Of a DNA stretch of 64,000 nt, positions 52,540 to 63,184 are shown piece by piece. The DNA is from an uncultured Candidatus Rokubacteria bacterium (GTDB taxonomy: Bacteria; Methylomirabilota; Methylomirabilia; Rokubacteriales; CSP1-6), in contig CAWBMV010000001.1 of the NCBI GenBank assembly GCA_963789955.1, forward strand, positions 544,001 through 608,000, written 5' to 3'. The notes beneath the pieces are model-generated. The model saw nothing but the letters and a program-made list of their open reading frames with translations, was not told the origin of the DNA and searched no databases. The position numbers were made by a program, and so were the translations under genes. Position 1 is the first letter of the stretch; every line of letters begins with the position of its first letter.

Positions 52540-52990
52540 CGCGTTCGTCATCAAGCGCCCCGGCCTCACCGCCGTCGAAGAGCACCAAGGCGCTCCTCGA
52601 CGCGGATTTCGTCGCCTGTGTCGCCGGCGAGCCGCCGTGCGTACTGGTCGCGCTCGCGCGACGCATCGGCCGGCGAAGGGCAGGCGGACGCGATGGCCCA
52701 TGGGCAAGGCCGACCGACTCAAGCCATGCCCGAGATGGGCGGCCTGGCGGTGGTCGGTGCGCTGAAGTCCGACGCCGCGACGCGGGGCATTCCCCGGTCG
52801 CGTTCAGGTCCGGCACCGCCGCCGAGGCGAACCAGCTCGTGAGGGCCGGCGGCATCGGATTCATCCCGAAACCGTTCGAGCCGGGAACCCTGCCCGAGCT
52901 CGTCGCCCAGTTTCTGCGGGCCACGGTCGCACGCGATCGGCGGCCTCGGCGTGCGACCGCCGAGGAGCCGTCCCGCGACCGCTTACTGAT
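52540..52990 (+). pseudogene. Degenerate response regulator receiver
   Basis: MPEMGGLAVVGALKSDAATRGIP...GFIPKPFEPGTL across frames; N-terminus unreadable. Confidence 0.5.
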
Positions 52991-53108
52991 CCCCGACGTC
53001 CATCCGAAATTGTCAGGTTTTGCCAATCAGGCTTGGGCACGCTTCGCGCCCGAGCCGCAAGTTGCCGAGAACCTTCGATCGGGACCGCCGGCGAAATCCG
53101 GAATCGTG

Positions 53109-53123
53109 TGGCACTCGCCGTGC
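53109..53123 (+). promoter_or_regulatory. Putative sigma-54 promoter TGGCACTCGCCGTGC
   Basis: -24/-12 spacing about 70 bp upstream of the ATG at 53191. Confidence 0.5.
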
Positions 53124-53190
53124 TTTACAGCATCTCAAGGGGAAGCATGGAACAGCGGGGCACGATCGGGGCTCGGGCGCGCGGCGGGAG

Positions 53191-53571
53191 ATGAAAGTCG
53201 CTTGCGCCTGGTGTCAAAACGAGGGGCAACCGGCCATCCTGGGAGAGCGGGCGCCGCTCGACGATCCCGCTGAGACCCACGGGATTCTGCCGCCGCCACA
53301 CCGTCGACCTCCTCAACCGGATGCCCTCGCGCTCGTTCCCGGGAGTTCGTCTCCTGCTCGTCGTCAGCGCCAAGGAGACCGCCCTCTACGAGCATCTCCA
53401 GCGCGAGCTGGCGGGCGTGAGCGGTGTGAAGGTCATGCTGATCGGCGCCGTGGCGACCGCCGGGAGGAAGAGCAGACCGTTGCCGAGGCGCATCAAGGAC
53501 TCGACCGGCGGATCCGCCAGGGCGAAGTCTCCGCCCTGGGCTACACGATCATCCGGTTCGGCAAAGACTAG
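53191..53571 (+). CDS. Small hypothetical protein with CAWC...HGICxxH and DRR repeats (frameshifted)
   Basis: MKVACAWC...THGI(C)RRH...LYEHLQRELAG..GVKV..DRR.GDRR rebuilt across frames. Confidence 0.6.
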   Translation: MKVACAWCQNEGQPAILGERAPLDDPAETHGILPPPHRRPPQPDALALVPGSSSPARRQRQGDRPLRASPARAGGRERCEGHADRRRGDRREEEQTVAEAHQGLDRRIRQGEVSALGYTIIRFGKD

Positions 53572-55192
53572 ACCCCGCGGCGTTCGAGCACGCGCTTCAC
53601 GAGCACGTGGCGCTGGATCTTCCCGGTCGGCGTGAACGGGAGCTCGTCGAAGATCTCGATCGCCTCTGGAAGCTTATAGGTCGCGATCCGGTCTTTGAGA
53701 AAGGCTACCACCTCGTCGAGCGCGATGGCTGTCCGGGACGGGGGATCACGCAGAGACAGTTGCGCTCGCCGAGGCGCGGGTCCGGCACCCCGACGATGGC
53801 CGCGTGCAGGATCTGGGGATGGGTGTAGAGAAGCTCCTCGATCTCGCGCGGAAAGAACTTCTTGCCGCCGCGGTTGATCATCTCCTTCAGCCGCCCGACG
53901 ATCTTCACGTTGCCGGCTGCATCGAACTGACCGAGGTCGCCGGTGCGAAACCAGCCGTCGCCGGTGAAGAGCTCGGCGTTGGCCGGGGGATTCTTGTGAT
54001 AGCCGAGGTGCACCGAGGGCCCGAGCGCCGCGATCTCGCCTTCGGCGCCGGGCGGGACGTCGTGCCCCGACTCGTCGATCAGCCGGAGCCCCATGCCCGA
54101 GGGGCCGGTGCCGACCGTGCCGGTCACGGCTTCGGGGTCGTCCGTCGAGGCGGGTGAAGGTGTGAAAGCCGGTCTCGAGCATGCCGTAGAGCTCGATCAG
54201 GTGTCCGGGCATCCGCGCCCGGAACGCGCGGATCGTCTCGACCGGACAGGAGGCGCCGCCGGTGATGACCACGCGGAGCGACGACAGGTCGAAGCGCCCG
54301 AGCTCAGGGTCGTTGAGCATGGCAATGAGCGAGGCCGGCGCGGTCGGGATGAACGTGACGCGCTCTCGCTCGATCAGCTCGAGCGCCGCCCGGGCGCTGA
54401 AGCGGTCGAGGAGCACCGCACGCGCGCCCGCCATCATCGTCTGCAGGAGGGTCAGGTACCCCCAGTTGAGGCCGAGGGGTAGGTAGATCAGGAAGACCTC
54501 GTCCGGGGGACACCCATGGCGCTGTTCAGGATGCGGCACGCGGGTAGGGTAGTGTTGAAGCTGTGGGTGACGCCTTTGGGGTTGCCGGTCGTGCCGGAGG
54601 TGAACGCCATCCGCATGACGTCGTTCGCGCCCTGGCCGGCGCCGGGCGCAGGCACGGCGGCGGTGTTCACCACGAGCTGTCGTCCAGGGAAACGGGGCCG
54701 GAGTCGCGCCGCCATACGGGCGCCCGAGGACACACACGATCTTGAGATCGGGAGGCCGGCGCGGAGCTCGCGGATCATCGGCACGTAATCGAAGCCCCTG
54801 AAGGTCGCCGGGCAGACGAAGGCATGGCTCTCCGAGAAGCGTAGGATGTACTCGACTTCCCGGCTCCTGAAGTCGGGCCCGATCTGGTTCGCCACCGCCC
54901 CAATACGTTCGAGCGCAAAGAAGACGTAGGCGAACTCGATCCAGTTCGGCAGCTGGATGGTGACCACGTCGCCAGGTCCGATGCCGAGTGCCGCGAATCC
55001 GGTCGCGACCCGGTCGACTCGCGTCTTGAGCTCGGCATAGGTGACGCGGCGTCCACGGTCGACGATCGCGATGCGATCGGGATGCGCCGCGGCCCGAGCG
55101 GACAGGATCGCGTAGAACGTCTCGGAGCCCCAGTGCCCGGATTGCCGATAGCGCGCGATGAGATCGTCCGTGAGCCGAGTCGCGAACTTCAT
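53568..55192 (-). CDS. AMP-binding acyl/aryl-CoA ligase (multiple frameshifts)
   Basis: FTSGTTGNPKG, YGMLE, GWFRTGDLG, GRLKEMINRGG, PFTPTGKIQR. Confidence 0.88.
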
Positions 55193-55214
55193 GGCGATGC
55201 CTCCAGCCTGTCCA

Positions 55215-55916
55215 TCAGCCGCCCAGGTAGGCCGCTTTGACATGCTGGCTCTCGCGCAGACTCGCGGGGCCCGTCGAGCACAATGCGACCGGTTTCCATG
55301 ACGTAGGTGCGGGAGGAGATGGACAGGGCCATCCGTGCATTCTGCTCGACGAGAAGCACCGTGACCTGCCGATCGCGATTGATCGCGTCGATGATCCGGC
55401 CCATCTCTCGCACCACCAGCGGAGCCAGCCCGAAGGACAGCTCGTCCAGGATCAGCATCCGGGGCTTCGACATGAGGGCCCGGCCGATGGCTAGCATCTG
55501 CTGCTCGCCACCGGACAGCGTGCCGGCCCGCTGGTGACGGCGCTCCGCTAACCGCGGGAAGCGCTGCAAGACCTCATCCAGCGTGCCGCGATGGCCTGCC
55601 CGTCGCGCCCGGTAGGCGCCCATCTTCAGGTTCTCCGTCACCGTCATCTGTGGGAAGAGCCGTCGCCCCTCGGGGGCGTGACCCACCCCCAGCGCCACGA
55701 CCCGATGAGCCTTCCATCCGGAGATGTCGGTTCCGCTGAAGACGATTCGGCCCGCCGGGGGCGCACCAACCCCGAGATGGCGCGGAGCGTGGAGGTCTTG
55801 CCGGCGCCGTTCGGGCCGATCAACGCGACGATCTCGCCCTGACCGACGGTGAGCGACACGCCGTCCACCGCAACCACGTTGCCGTAGCGCACGGAGAGGC
55901 CGCTGACCTCAAGCAC
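55215..55916 (-). CDS. livF: Branched-chain amino acid-type ABC ATPase (frameshifted)
   Basis: GPNGAGKTS, PEGRRLF, LSGGEQQM, VEQNA. Confidence 0.85.
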
Positions 55917-56677
55917 CCGCGCCCTCCGTCCCAAGGTAGGCCTCGATGACCGCCGCGTTCTCCTGGACCTCGCGCGGCATGCCTTCCGCGATGCGGACGC
56001 CGTGATCCAGCACGGTGACGACGTCGCAGAGGCCCATCACCGCTCTCATGTCGTGCTCAACCAGCAGAATCGTCATCCCTTGCTCCCGGAGGCGCCGCAG
56101 TACTGCAGCGTCTCGTGGCGCTCCTGGCCGGTGAGCCCGGCCAGCGGCTCGTCCAGCAGAACGAGCTCGGCGCCGGTGGCCACGACCATGGCGATACTCA
56201 GCGCCTTCTGGTCCCGGTGCGGAAGGTGGCCGCCGCCGGGCTCGGGCCGGGTCCCCGAGCCCGAAGGATGCGAGGAGTGTCGCGGGCGTGGGCGACCGCC
56301 CGTTCTTCCTTCCGGCGGTAGGTCGGCGAGGCCCCGAGTGCCGGCCAGAGGCCGTCGGCGGCGCGAAGGTGAACGGCGACAAGGAGGTTCTGGAACACCG
56401 TGTACTCTCGAAAGAGCGTCGTCGCCTGGAAGGTGCGCGCGACGCCGCGTCGGCAGATCTCCGACGGCCGAAGACCGGAGATGCGCTCGCCTCGGAAAAG
56501 GACTTCCCCGGCCGAAAGTGGGACGACGCCGGAGATAAGGTTGAACACCGTGCTCTTGCCGGCGCCGTTCGGGCCGATGAGCCCGTGGATGGATCCAGGC
56601 CTCACCGCCATCGACAGATCGGCGACGGCCTGCAACCCCCCAAAGCGCCGGCTGACACGCCGCAGCTCAAGAAGCAC
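55909..56677 (-). CDS. livG: Branched-chain amino acid-type ABC ATPase (frameshifted)
   Basis: FGGLQAV, GPNGAGKST, RTFQ, LVEHDM, AYLG. Confidence 0.85.
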
Positions 56678-57669
56678 CCCTGGCTCCCATGGCGCGGTCC
56701 TTCGACCTCGATCCTGCACGACGCGCACGAGCCATCCGGGCAGCGCCACGAGCCCCTGCGGGAGCAAGAGCGTGGTCAAGATGAGCACGGTTCCGAAGAG
56801 GAGGATCTCATAGTGGTGGAGCTCACGCATGAACTCCGCGGCGACAGTCAGCGCGATGGTCCCGATCACCGGCCCCCAGACGCTGCCGGCCCCGCCGATG
56901 ACGGTGAAGACCACCAGCAGAACCATCGGCTCGAGGCCGAAGTCGCCCGCCTGTAGAACCTGGTGTGAATGGGCGAAAAACGCGCCCGTCAACCCAGCCA
57001 TGAAGCTCCCCAGGACGAAGGCCGCCAGCTTGTAGCGGAAGACGCACACGCCCAAGCGTCGGCTAGACGTCGGTCTGGCGGATCGCGCCGCCGCGAGGCC
57101 GAACCGCGAGTAGTCCAGACGCACGAGTGCCAGCACCACGACGACACTGATCGCGCCCATCAGCCAGTAGAGCTCGAGCTTGCCGTCGAAGGATCAGCGC
57201 CGAGCAGGCGGCCGGGCTTCGGAATGCCGACCAGCCCCGAGGGCCCGCCGAACAGCCCTTCGAAGAAGTTGTTGAAGAAGAGCCGCACGACTTCGGAGAA
57301 CGCGAACGTGATGAGGAAGTAGTAGGGGCCGCTCACGCGCAGCGCCACGCTGCCGATCGGCACGGCCAGCAGGGCCGCTACCAGCGCGCCGATCCAGAGC
57401 GTGGCCCAGAACGACAGCCCCACCCGCGTCACGAGGAGCGCCGACGCGTAGGCGCCGATCCCCATGAACGAGATGTGCGCCATGTTGATCTGGCCGGTGC
57501 TGACCTGTAGCCGAAAGCTCATCGTCAAGGTGAGGTTCATGAGGATCGTGGTCGCGACGTCCAGGTAATAGGAGTCGCGTGTGAGCAGCGGCAGCATGGC
57601 CGCCGCCGCCGCGATCAGCGCCACGCCCGCCGCGGGCGCCGCGGCGCTACGCTCCACCGACGAGCCCAC
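56667..57669 (-). CDS. livM: Branched-chain amino acid-type ABC permease (frameshifted)
   Basis: TGQINMAHISFMGIGAY, GPYYFLITFAF, IGGAGSVWGPVIG. Confidence 0.85.
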
Positions 57670-58507
57670 GCGGCCGCACGAGCAGGACCACGATCACCAT
57701 GAGAAAGCCGAGGATGTTGACGGCGGCGCTGCCCATGAAGAGCGCGCCGAGGCCCTCGACGCCACCCAGGAGGAGGCCGCCCAGGACGGCCCCCGGCAGG
57801 CTGCCCATGCCGCCGACGATAATAATGATGAACGCCTTGACGACCGGCAGCGCGCCCATCGTTGGGCTCACCGCGAAGAGCGGGGCCAGCAGGCCGCCCG
57901 CGCCGCCGGCGAGCGCGCAGCCGACACCGAAGCCGAGGGCGGAGACGGCGTCGATGTTGACCCCCTGGAGCGCGGCGGCGTCGGGATCCTGGGCGACCGC
58001 ACGCATGGCGCGGCCGGGCCGGCTCAGACGCAGGAACAGGTAGAGCCCGACGATGAGCACGATCGCGGTGAGGCTCACCACCATCCGCTCGACCGACATC
58101 ACCAGCCCGAACACGCGTACGACTCCCGAGAACGCGGACGGCACGGGCTTGTCGAGGACGCCGAACCCGAGCTGCGCGCCGGCCTGCATGACCCACAGGA
58201 GCCCGAGCGACACGATGAACGCGTTGAGCGCTCGGCCGCGCAGGTCGTGGAAGATCAGCCGCTCGGCGACCACGCCGACGATGCCGACCGTGACGATCGC
58301 GAGCACGAGCGTCGCAAAGTAGTTCAGGCCGAAGAGCCCGTAGACGTAGTAGGTGACGTAGCCCCCGAGCATGTAGAACTCGCCGTGAGCGAAGTTGATG
58401 ATCTCGAGAATGGAGAAGATGAGGGTGAGGCCGAGGGCGACCAGCACGTAGGCCATCGCCAGGCCGAAGCCGTTCAGCAGCGCCTGGACGAGGAGCTCGA
58501 TCGACAC
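57647..58507 (-). CDS. livH: Branched-chain amino acid-type ABC permease
   Basis: YVLVALGLTLIF...INFAHGEFYMLG, GRAMRAVAQD. Confidence 0.9.
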   Translation of the reverse strand: MSIELLVQALLNGFGLAMAYVLVALGLTLIFSILEIINFAHGEFYMLGGYVTYYVYGLFGLNYFATLVLAIVTVGIVGVVAERLIFHDLRGRALNAFIVSLGLLWVMQAGAQLGFGVLDKPVPSAFSGVVRVFGLVMSVERMVVSLTAIVLIVGLYLFLRLSRPGRAMRAVAQDPDAAALQGVNIDAVSALGFGVGCALAGGAGGLLAPLFAVSPTMGALPVVKAFIIIIVGGMGSLPGAVLGGLLLGGVEGLGALFMGSAAVNILGFLMVIVVLLVRPRGLVGGA

Positions 58508-58540
58508 GAATCGCCCGCGGCCTCTAGCGAGCCGAGTCCC

Positions 58541-59737
58541 TCATTTCTTCAACGCGGCCGGCAGCACTTGAGCGATGTCGACCACTTTGCCGTCGCGGAC
58601 CTCGCTGATGACCATCGGGTACAGGAACTGCCGATCGATGCCGTACGTGTCCTTGCCGCCGAGAACCAGCTTGCCCCACACCGTGTCGAAGGGCTTCTGG
58701 GTCAGCGCGGCCAGCACCTTGTCGGTGTCGAGCGAGCGCGCGTCCTGCATGGCCTTGGTGATCACGTCGAAGGCGGCGTAGTTGGCGATGGCGATCACGC
58801 CGGGCACTTCCTTGTAGCGCTTCTCGTACTCCTCGCCGAACCGGCGCACGGTCTGGCTGACGAAATCGCTCTTCACGTTGATGTTGAGCGGGCTCCACAC
58901 GCCCTCGGCCGCTTCCTTGCCGGCGACGCCGATGATCGTGAACGGATTGGTCCCGGCGGTCCAGCCCTTGGCCCCCTTGAAGCCGAGCTCGCGCGCCTGC
59001 TTGAGGATGAGCCCGCCTTCGCCGGCCGGCGCCGCGGCGACGTCGAGCATGTCCGGTTTGGCCGCCAGGAGCTTGGTGAGGATCGGGTAGAAGTCCTTGG
59101 TGCCGCGCTCGTAGTACTCATCGGCCGCGACCTCGAAGCCGAGGCCTTTGAGCGCCTTGACGATTGCGGTGTTGGTGTCCTTGCCGCTGGTATCGTTGGG
59201 CGAGATGAGCGCCACGCGCTTGATCTGCGGATGTTTTTCCTTCACCCAGCGATAGAACGGATCGGCCACTTCCCACTGGCTCAGCATCGCCCGGAACGAG
59301 TACGGCTTGTCCGGGCCGAGGTTGGCCGTTCCCCAGCACACGAACGAGAACAGGACCTTCTCGGGCTCCGTCACGGTCTGGACGGCGTTGCAGGTGGCGC
59401 CGACCGCGTTGCCGATGATGTACTTCACCTTGTCCTGGAACACGAGCTTGTTGGCCGCGGTGGCCGCGTCCGCCGCGAGCGCCTTGTGGTCGTAGCTCAC
59501 GATCTTGATGTGATAGACGTCGTTGCCGACCTTGAGGCCGCCGGCCTTGTTGATCTCGTCGGCCCTCATCTCGGCGCCGCGCACCAGCTCCACGCCGTAC
59601 GACGCGGCGCCGCCGGAGAGCGGCCCCAGCACGCCGATCGTGAGCGTCTTGTCCGCCGCCGCGCCGCGCGTCGCGCTGCCCGCGGATGCCACGAGCGCGA
59701 CCATAGCGATGGTCGCGATGCTCGCTCGGATCCTCAT
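58541..59737 (-). CDS. Liv-type ABC substrate-binding protein
   Basis: Signal peptide, IGVLGPLSGGAASYG, INKAGG; RBS AGGAGG. Confidence 0.9.
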   Translation of the reverse strand: MRIRASIATIAMVALVASAGSATRGAAADKTLTIGVLGPLSGGAASYGVELVRGAEMRADEINKAGGLKVGNDVYHIKIVSYDHKALAADAATAANKLVFQDKVKYIIGNAVGATCNAVQTVTEPEKVLFSFVCWGTANLGPDKPYSFRAMLSQWEVADPFYRWVKEKHPQIKRVALISPNDTSGKDTNTAIVKALKGLGFEVAADEYYERGTKDFYPILTKLLAAKPDMLDVAAAPAGEGGLILKQARELGFKGAKGWTAGTNPFTIIGVAGKEAAEGVWSPLNINVKSDFVSQTVRRFGEEYEKRYKEVPGVIAIANYAAFDVITKAMQDARSLDTDKVLAALTQKPFDTVWGKLVLGGKDTYGIDRQFLYPMVISEVRDGKVVDIAQVLPAALKK

Positions 59738-60060
59738 CGTCGCTTCCTCCTGGTTGAAGAGCATCGGGATGACGTCTTCGGCGCGGCGCGCGGCGCGCGT
59801 TCGCTCCGGGCTCCCGCGCTCGACGGGAGCGCGACGAGTCTCGCGCGGTCGGGCGCGGTATTCAAGCCTCGGTCGGTCGGCGGGTGCGCGCCTTGACGGG
59901 CCGGAGGTCCCGAGGACCCGTGGGTCGCCTCGGGGGCCCGGGAGTCGGAGTCTGCCGCTCGGGGTCCACACCGGCCGGCGGCCGGGTCGCCGGAACCGCG
60001 TGCCCCGGCCGGGGGTTACGAGTAAGATCCGAGGGAGCGATCCTATACCAAGGAGGAGCC

Positions 60061-60621
60061 ATGTCCACCACACGCGCCGTGAGCCGGATTCTCGTCCTGA
60101 GCGCGCTCGCCGTCCTGGTCCTGACCAGCGCGGCCGTCGCCCTGGAGGCCGGGCAGAAAGCGCCCGACTTCGCCCTCAACGGGACTGACGGCAAGCCCGT
60201 CAAGCTGTCGGACCTGACGGCCAAGGGACCCGTCGTCATCTATACCTTCATCGCCGCGTTCACCCCGACGTGAACCAAAGAGCTTGCCGGCTTCGAGGCT
60301 GCGCTGCCGCAGTTCGAAGCCGCCGGCGCCCAGGTCGTGGGCGTTAGCACGGATCACCATCTCGCGCTCGCCGCGTGGCAGAAGGATCAGCAGTCCAAGC
60401 AGCTCCTCCTCTCGGATTTCCGCCGACAGATGCTGCCGGCGTACGGTGCCATGGAGATGAACGAAGCCAGCCCGGTCTACCGCTATGCGAAGCGGGCGTA
60501 CTTCATCATCGACAAGACCGGGACCATCAAGTACGTCAAGGTCATGGACAGTCCGCTGAACCTCCTCGAGCCGGCCGAAGTGCTGGCGGCCGTGAAGGCC
60601 GCCAACTTGTCGATGAAATGA
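60061..60621 (+). CDS. Peroxiredoxin (AhpC/TSA) family selenoprotein with N-terminal signal peptide, Sec at codon 71 (UGA 60271-60273)
   Basis: RBS AGGAGG; GQKAPDF.L, AAFTPT-TGA-TKEL, VVGVSTD, LLSDF, RAYFIIDKTG continuous in one frame. Confidence 0.85.
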
Positions 60622-60631
60622 GGACCGCTCC

Positions 60632-61045
60632 ATGAAAGCGATTCGCCTCGGCCTCCTGCTCGGTCTGATTGCGACGATGAGCGCGGCGTGCGCGGAGATC
60701 GGCGCCCCGCTTCCTCTGAGCATGACGGCCACGACGTTGACGGCAGGCTGGGAGCGCCACTTCTCGCTCGAGTGGACGGCGACCGAGCAGAGCCAGAGCT
60801 CGCGCAAGGTCGCCGGCTACGTCTACAACCGCAACGGGGAGTTCGCCACCAGCCTGCGCCTGCTCGCGCAGGCGGTCGACTCCGGGGGGGCGGTGGTGGG
60901 GCAGCGGATCGCTTACGTGCCCGGAGGCGTGGGCGGCTTCGGGCGCGCGTATTTCGAAGTCCCGAACTTGCCGGCAACCGCCAGCTATCGGGTCAGTGTG
61001 TGGGACTACACCTGGTTCCAGGCCGACGGCGACGGCAAGATGTGA
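60632..61045 (+). CDS. Hypothetical lipoprotein
   Basis: Lipobox SAAC; beta-rich domain (VAGYVYN...GRAYFEV). Confidence 0.7.
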   Translation: MKAIRLGLLLGLIATMSAACAEIGAPLPLSMTATTLTAGWERHFSLEWTATEQSQSSRKVAGYVYNRNGEFATSLRLLAQAVDSGGAVVGQRIAYVPGGVGGFGRAYFEVPNLPATASYRVSVWDYTWFQADGDGKM

Positions 61046-61063
61046 GCTCGCGGCGGTGAGCGT

Positions 61064-61565
61064 CTAGGCCGGCGGCTTGGCCGCGGGGCCCTGGGGCTGA
61101 CGAATCAGCTCCACGGGCCCCCGCGGCTCCCAGCTCATCTGCGCCGTTCCAGCTCCCGCCAGCCGGTTCTCCTCGAGCCGGGTCAGGCTGATCCACCCGC
61201 CGTTCACCGTCGCGGGCTCGAGCACCAGGGTGAGCCGTCCGTTCGAGCTCGCCGAGTCGCCCCTGCACGTTGACCGAGACCATCTCGTTGCGGACCCTGA
61301 CGCTCAGGATGCCGGACACGCCCGGCAGATCTCGCCCGAACACCTGCCAGGGACCGACTGAAACGCCGCCGATCGGCTCGGCATCCCGCTGATCGAGGAT
61401 GACGAGCGTCAGGGGAGCCCCGCCCCAGGTGCCGTTCCAGGTTCCGCGCAGGTCCGGCATCATCCCGACCGGCGTCGTCAGCGGAGGGGGCGGCGTCCCG
61501 CAGGCGAGGAGCGACACGGCGGCCACGGCCAGAACCCCGGCCCACCACAGCTTCATCAGCTTCAT
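61064..61565 (-). CDS. Hypothetical lipoprotein (frameshift near 61245)
   Basis: Lipobox LLAC; DLRGTWNGTWGG. Confidence 0.6.
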
Positions 61566-61626
61566 CGAGTCGAATATACTCGCCCCGAAGCGACTGACCC
61601 TGATCGTCATTCGAATGGAGAGGCAC

Positions 61627-63174
61627 ATGCGCGCACATCGATATGGCGCGGTCGTGATGCTGACGTTGCTGCTCGTGATGCTGGGATCGATCCAGGACAC
61701 TGCCGCGCAGACGGCGCCGGCCGGAGATGTCATCGTGGCCTGGCACGTGACCATCGCGCCGACCTGGTTCGATCCGTCCACGGCTCCGCCCCAGATCACA
61801 CCGTTCGGCATTCTCTTCGCGCTCCACGACGCGCTCGTCCGCCCGCTGCCGGGCAAGGGCAAGATGTCGCCGAGCCTGGCCGAGTCGTGGACGGAGAGCG
61901 CCGACGGGCTCGCGTACGAGTTCAAGCTGCGGCGCGATCTCAAGTTCCACAACGGCGATCCCATCACCACCGAGGACGTGAAGTTCAGCTTCGAGCGCTA
62001 TCGCGGCGCCGGAGCGAAGGAACTCCAGGGACACGTCCGTCAGGTCGAGATCGTGGATCCGCTGACGGTGCGCTTCCTTCTGAACGAGCCGTGGCCGGAC
62101 TTCATGACCTTCTACGGGACGACCGCCACCGCCGCCGGCATCGTCGTTCCCAAGAAGTACGTGACCCAGGTCGGCGACGAAGGCTTCCGAAAGCAACCGA
62201 TCGGCGCCGGCCCCTACCGCTTCGTGAGCCACAAGCCGGGCGTCGAGGTCGTGGTCGAGGCGTACACGGGCTACTGGCGCCGCGTGCCCCTCGTCAAGCG
62301 CTACGTCATGAAGAGCGTTCCCGAGGGGACGACGCGGGTGGCGATGCTGAAGAACGGCGAAGCCGACATCGCCTATGCGCTCGACGGCGAGGACGCGCAG
62401 AACGTGAAGCGCGACTCACGGTTGCAGCTCGTCCCGTCGAAGCACGCGTCGATCTACTGGATCGAGTTCGCCGAGCAGTGGGATCCGAAATCTCCGTGGC
62501 ACGACAAACGCGTGCGGCTCGCCGCCAACTACGCGCTCAATCGTCAGGCGATCAACGAAGTCTCCTGTCTCGGCTACTGTCCGCCGGCCGGGGTCATCGT
62601 GCCGCGCGTGATGGAGTTCGCGCTGCAGGCGCCGCCGCTCCCGTACGATCCGCAGAAGGCCAAGCAGCTTCTCGCCGAGGCGGGCTATCCGAACGGGATC
62701 GACGTCGGCGATTTCGTGCCGACGCCGCCGTTCGTGACGACGGCAGAAGCGGCGACCAACTATCTCGGCGCCGTCGGGATTCGCACGAAGATGCGACTCA
62801 TGGAGCGCGCGGCGTTCCTGGCGGCCTGGCGCGAGAAGAAGCTCCGCGGCCTGTTCATGGCCGCCGTCGGGAACTCGGGCAACGCGGCCAGCCGGGTCGA
62901 GGCGTTCATGTACACCAAGGGGAGCAGCGCCTACGGCGGATACCCGGACCTCGACGACCTGTTCCTCCAGCAGGCACGGGAGCGCGACCCCGCCAAGCGC
63001 GAGGCGCTGTTGCATCGCATCCAGCAGATATCGATCGACCGGGTGATGTTCGCGCCGATCATGGACTATCGAACGCTACGGGGTGTCGGGCCGCGCATCG
63101 CGGAGCACATGCTCGACTCGATGCATCTGATACCCTTCCCAGCGTACGAAGAGGTGCGTCTCAAAGGACAATAG
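61627..63174 (+). CDS. ABC transporter substrate-binding protein, family 5 (peptide/nickel-like)
   Basis: PSLAESW, FKLR..LKFHNG, DVKFSF, PIGAGPY, YDPQKAKQLLAEAGY. Confidence 0.92.
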   Translation: MRAHRYGAVVMLTLLLVMLGSIQDTAAQTAPAGDVIVAWHVTIAPTWFDPSTAPPQITPFGILFALHDALVRPLPGKGKMSPSLAESWTESADGLAYEFKLRRDLKFHNGDPITTEDVKFSFERYRGAGAKELQGHVRQVEIVDPLTVRFLLNEPWPDFMTFYGTTATAAGIVVPKKYVTQVGDEGFRKQPIGAGPYRFVSHKPGVEVVVEAYTGYWRRVPLVKRYVMKSVPEGTTRVAMLKNGEADIAYALDGEDAQNVKRDSRLQLVPSKHASIYWIEFAEQWDPKSPWHDKRVRLAANYALNRQAINEVSCLGYCPPAGVIVPRVMEFALQAPPLPYDPQKAKQLLAEAGYPNGIDVGDFVPTPPFVTTAEAATNYLGAVGIRTKMRLMERAAFLAAWREKKLRGLFMAAVGNSGNAASRVEAFMYTKGSSAYGGYPDLDDLFLQQARERDPAKREALLHRIQQISIDRVMFAPIMDYRTLRGVGPRIAEHMLDSMHLIPFPAYEEVRLKGQ

Positions 63175-63184
63175 CGGCGAGACC

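Noticed and set aside
59780..60050. GC-rich intergenic hairpins (e.g. 59901-59941) as a riboswitch or ncRNA
   Set aside because: No conserved aptamer motif recognised; hairpins are expected at this GC content.
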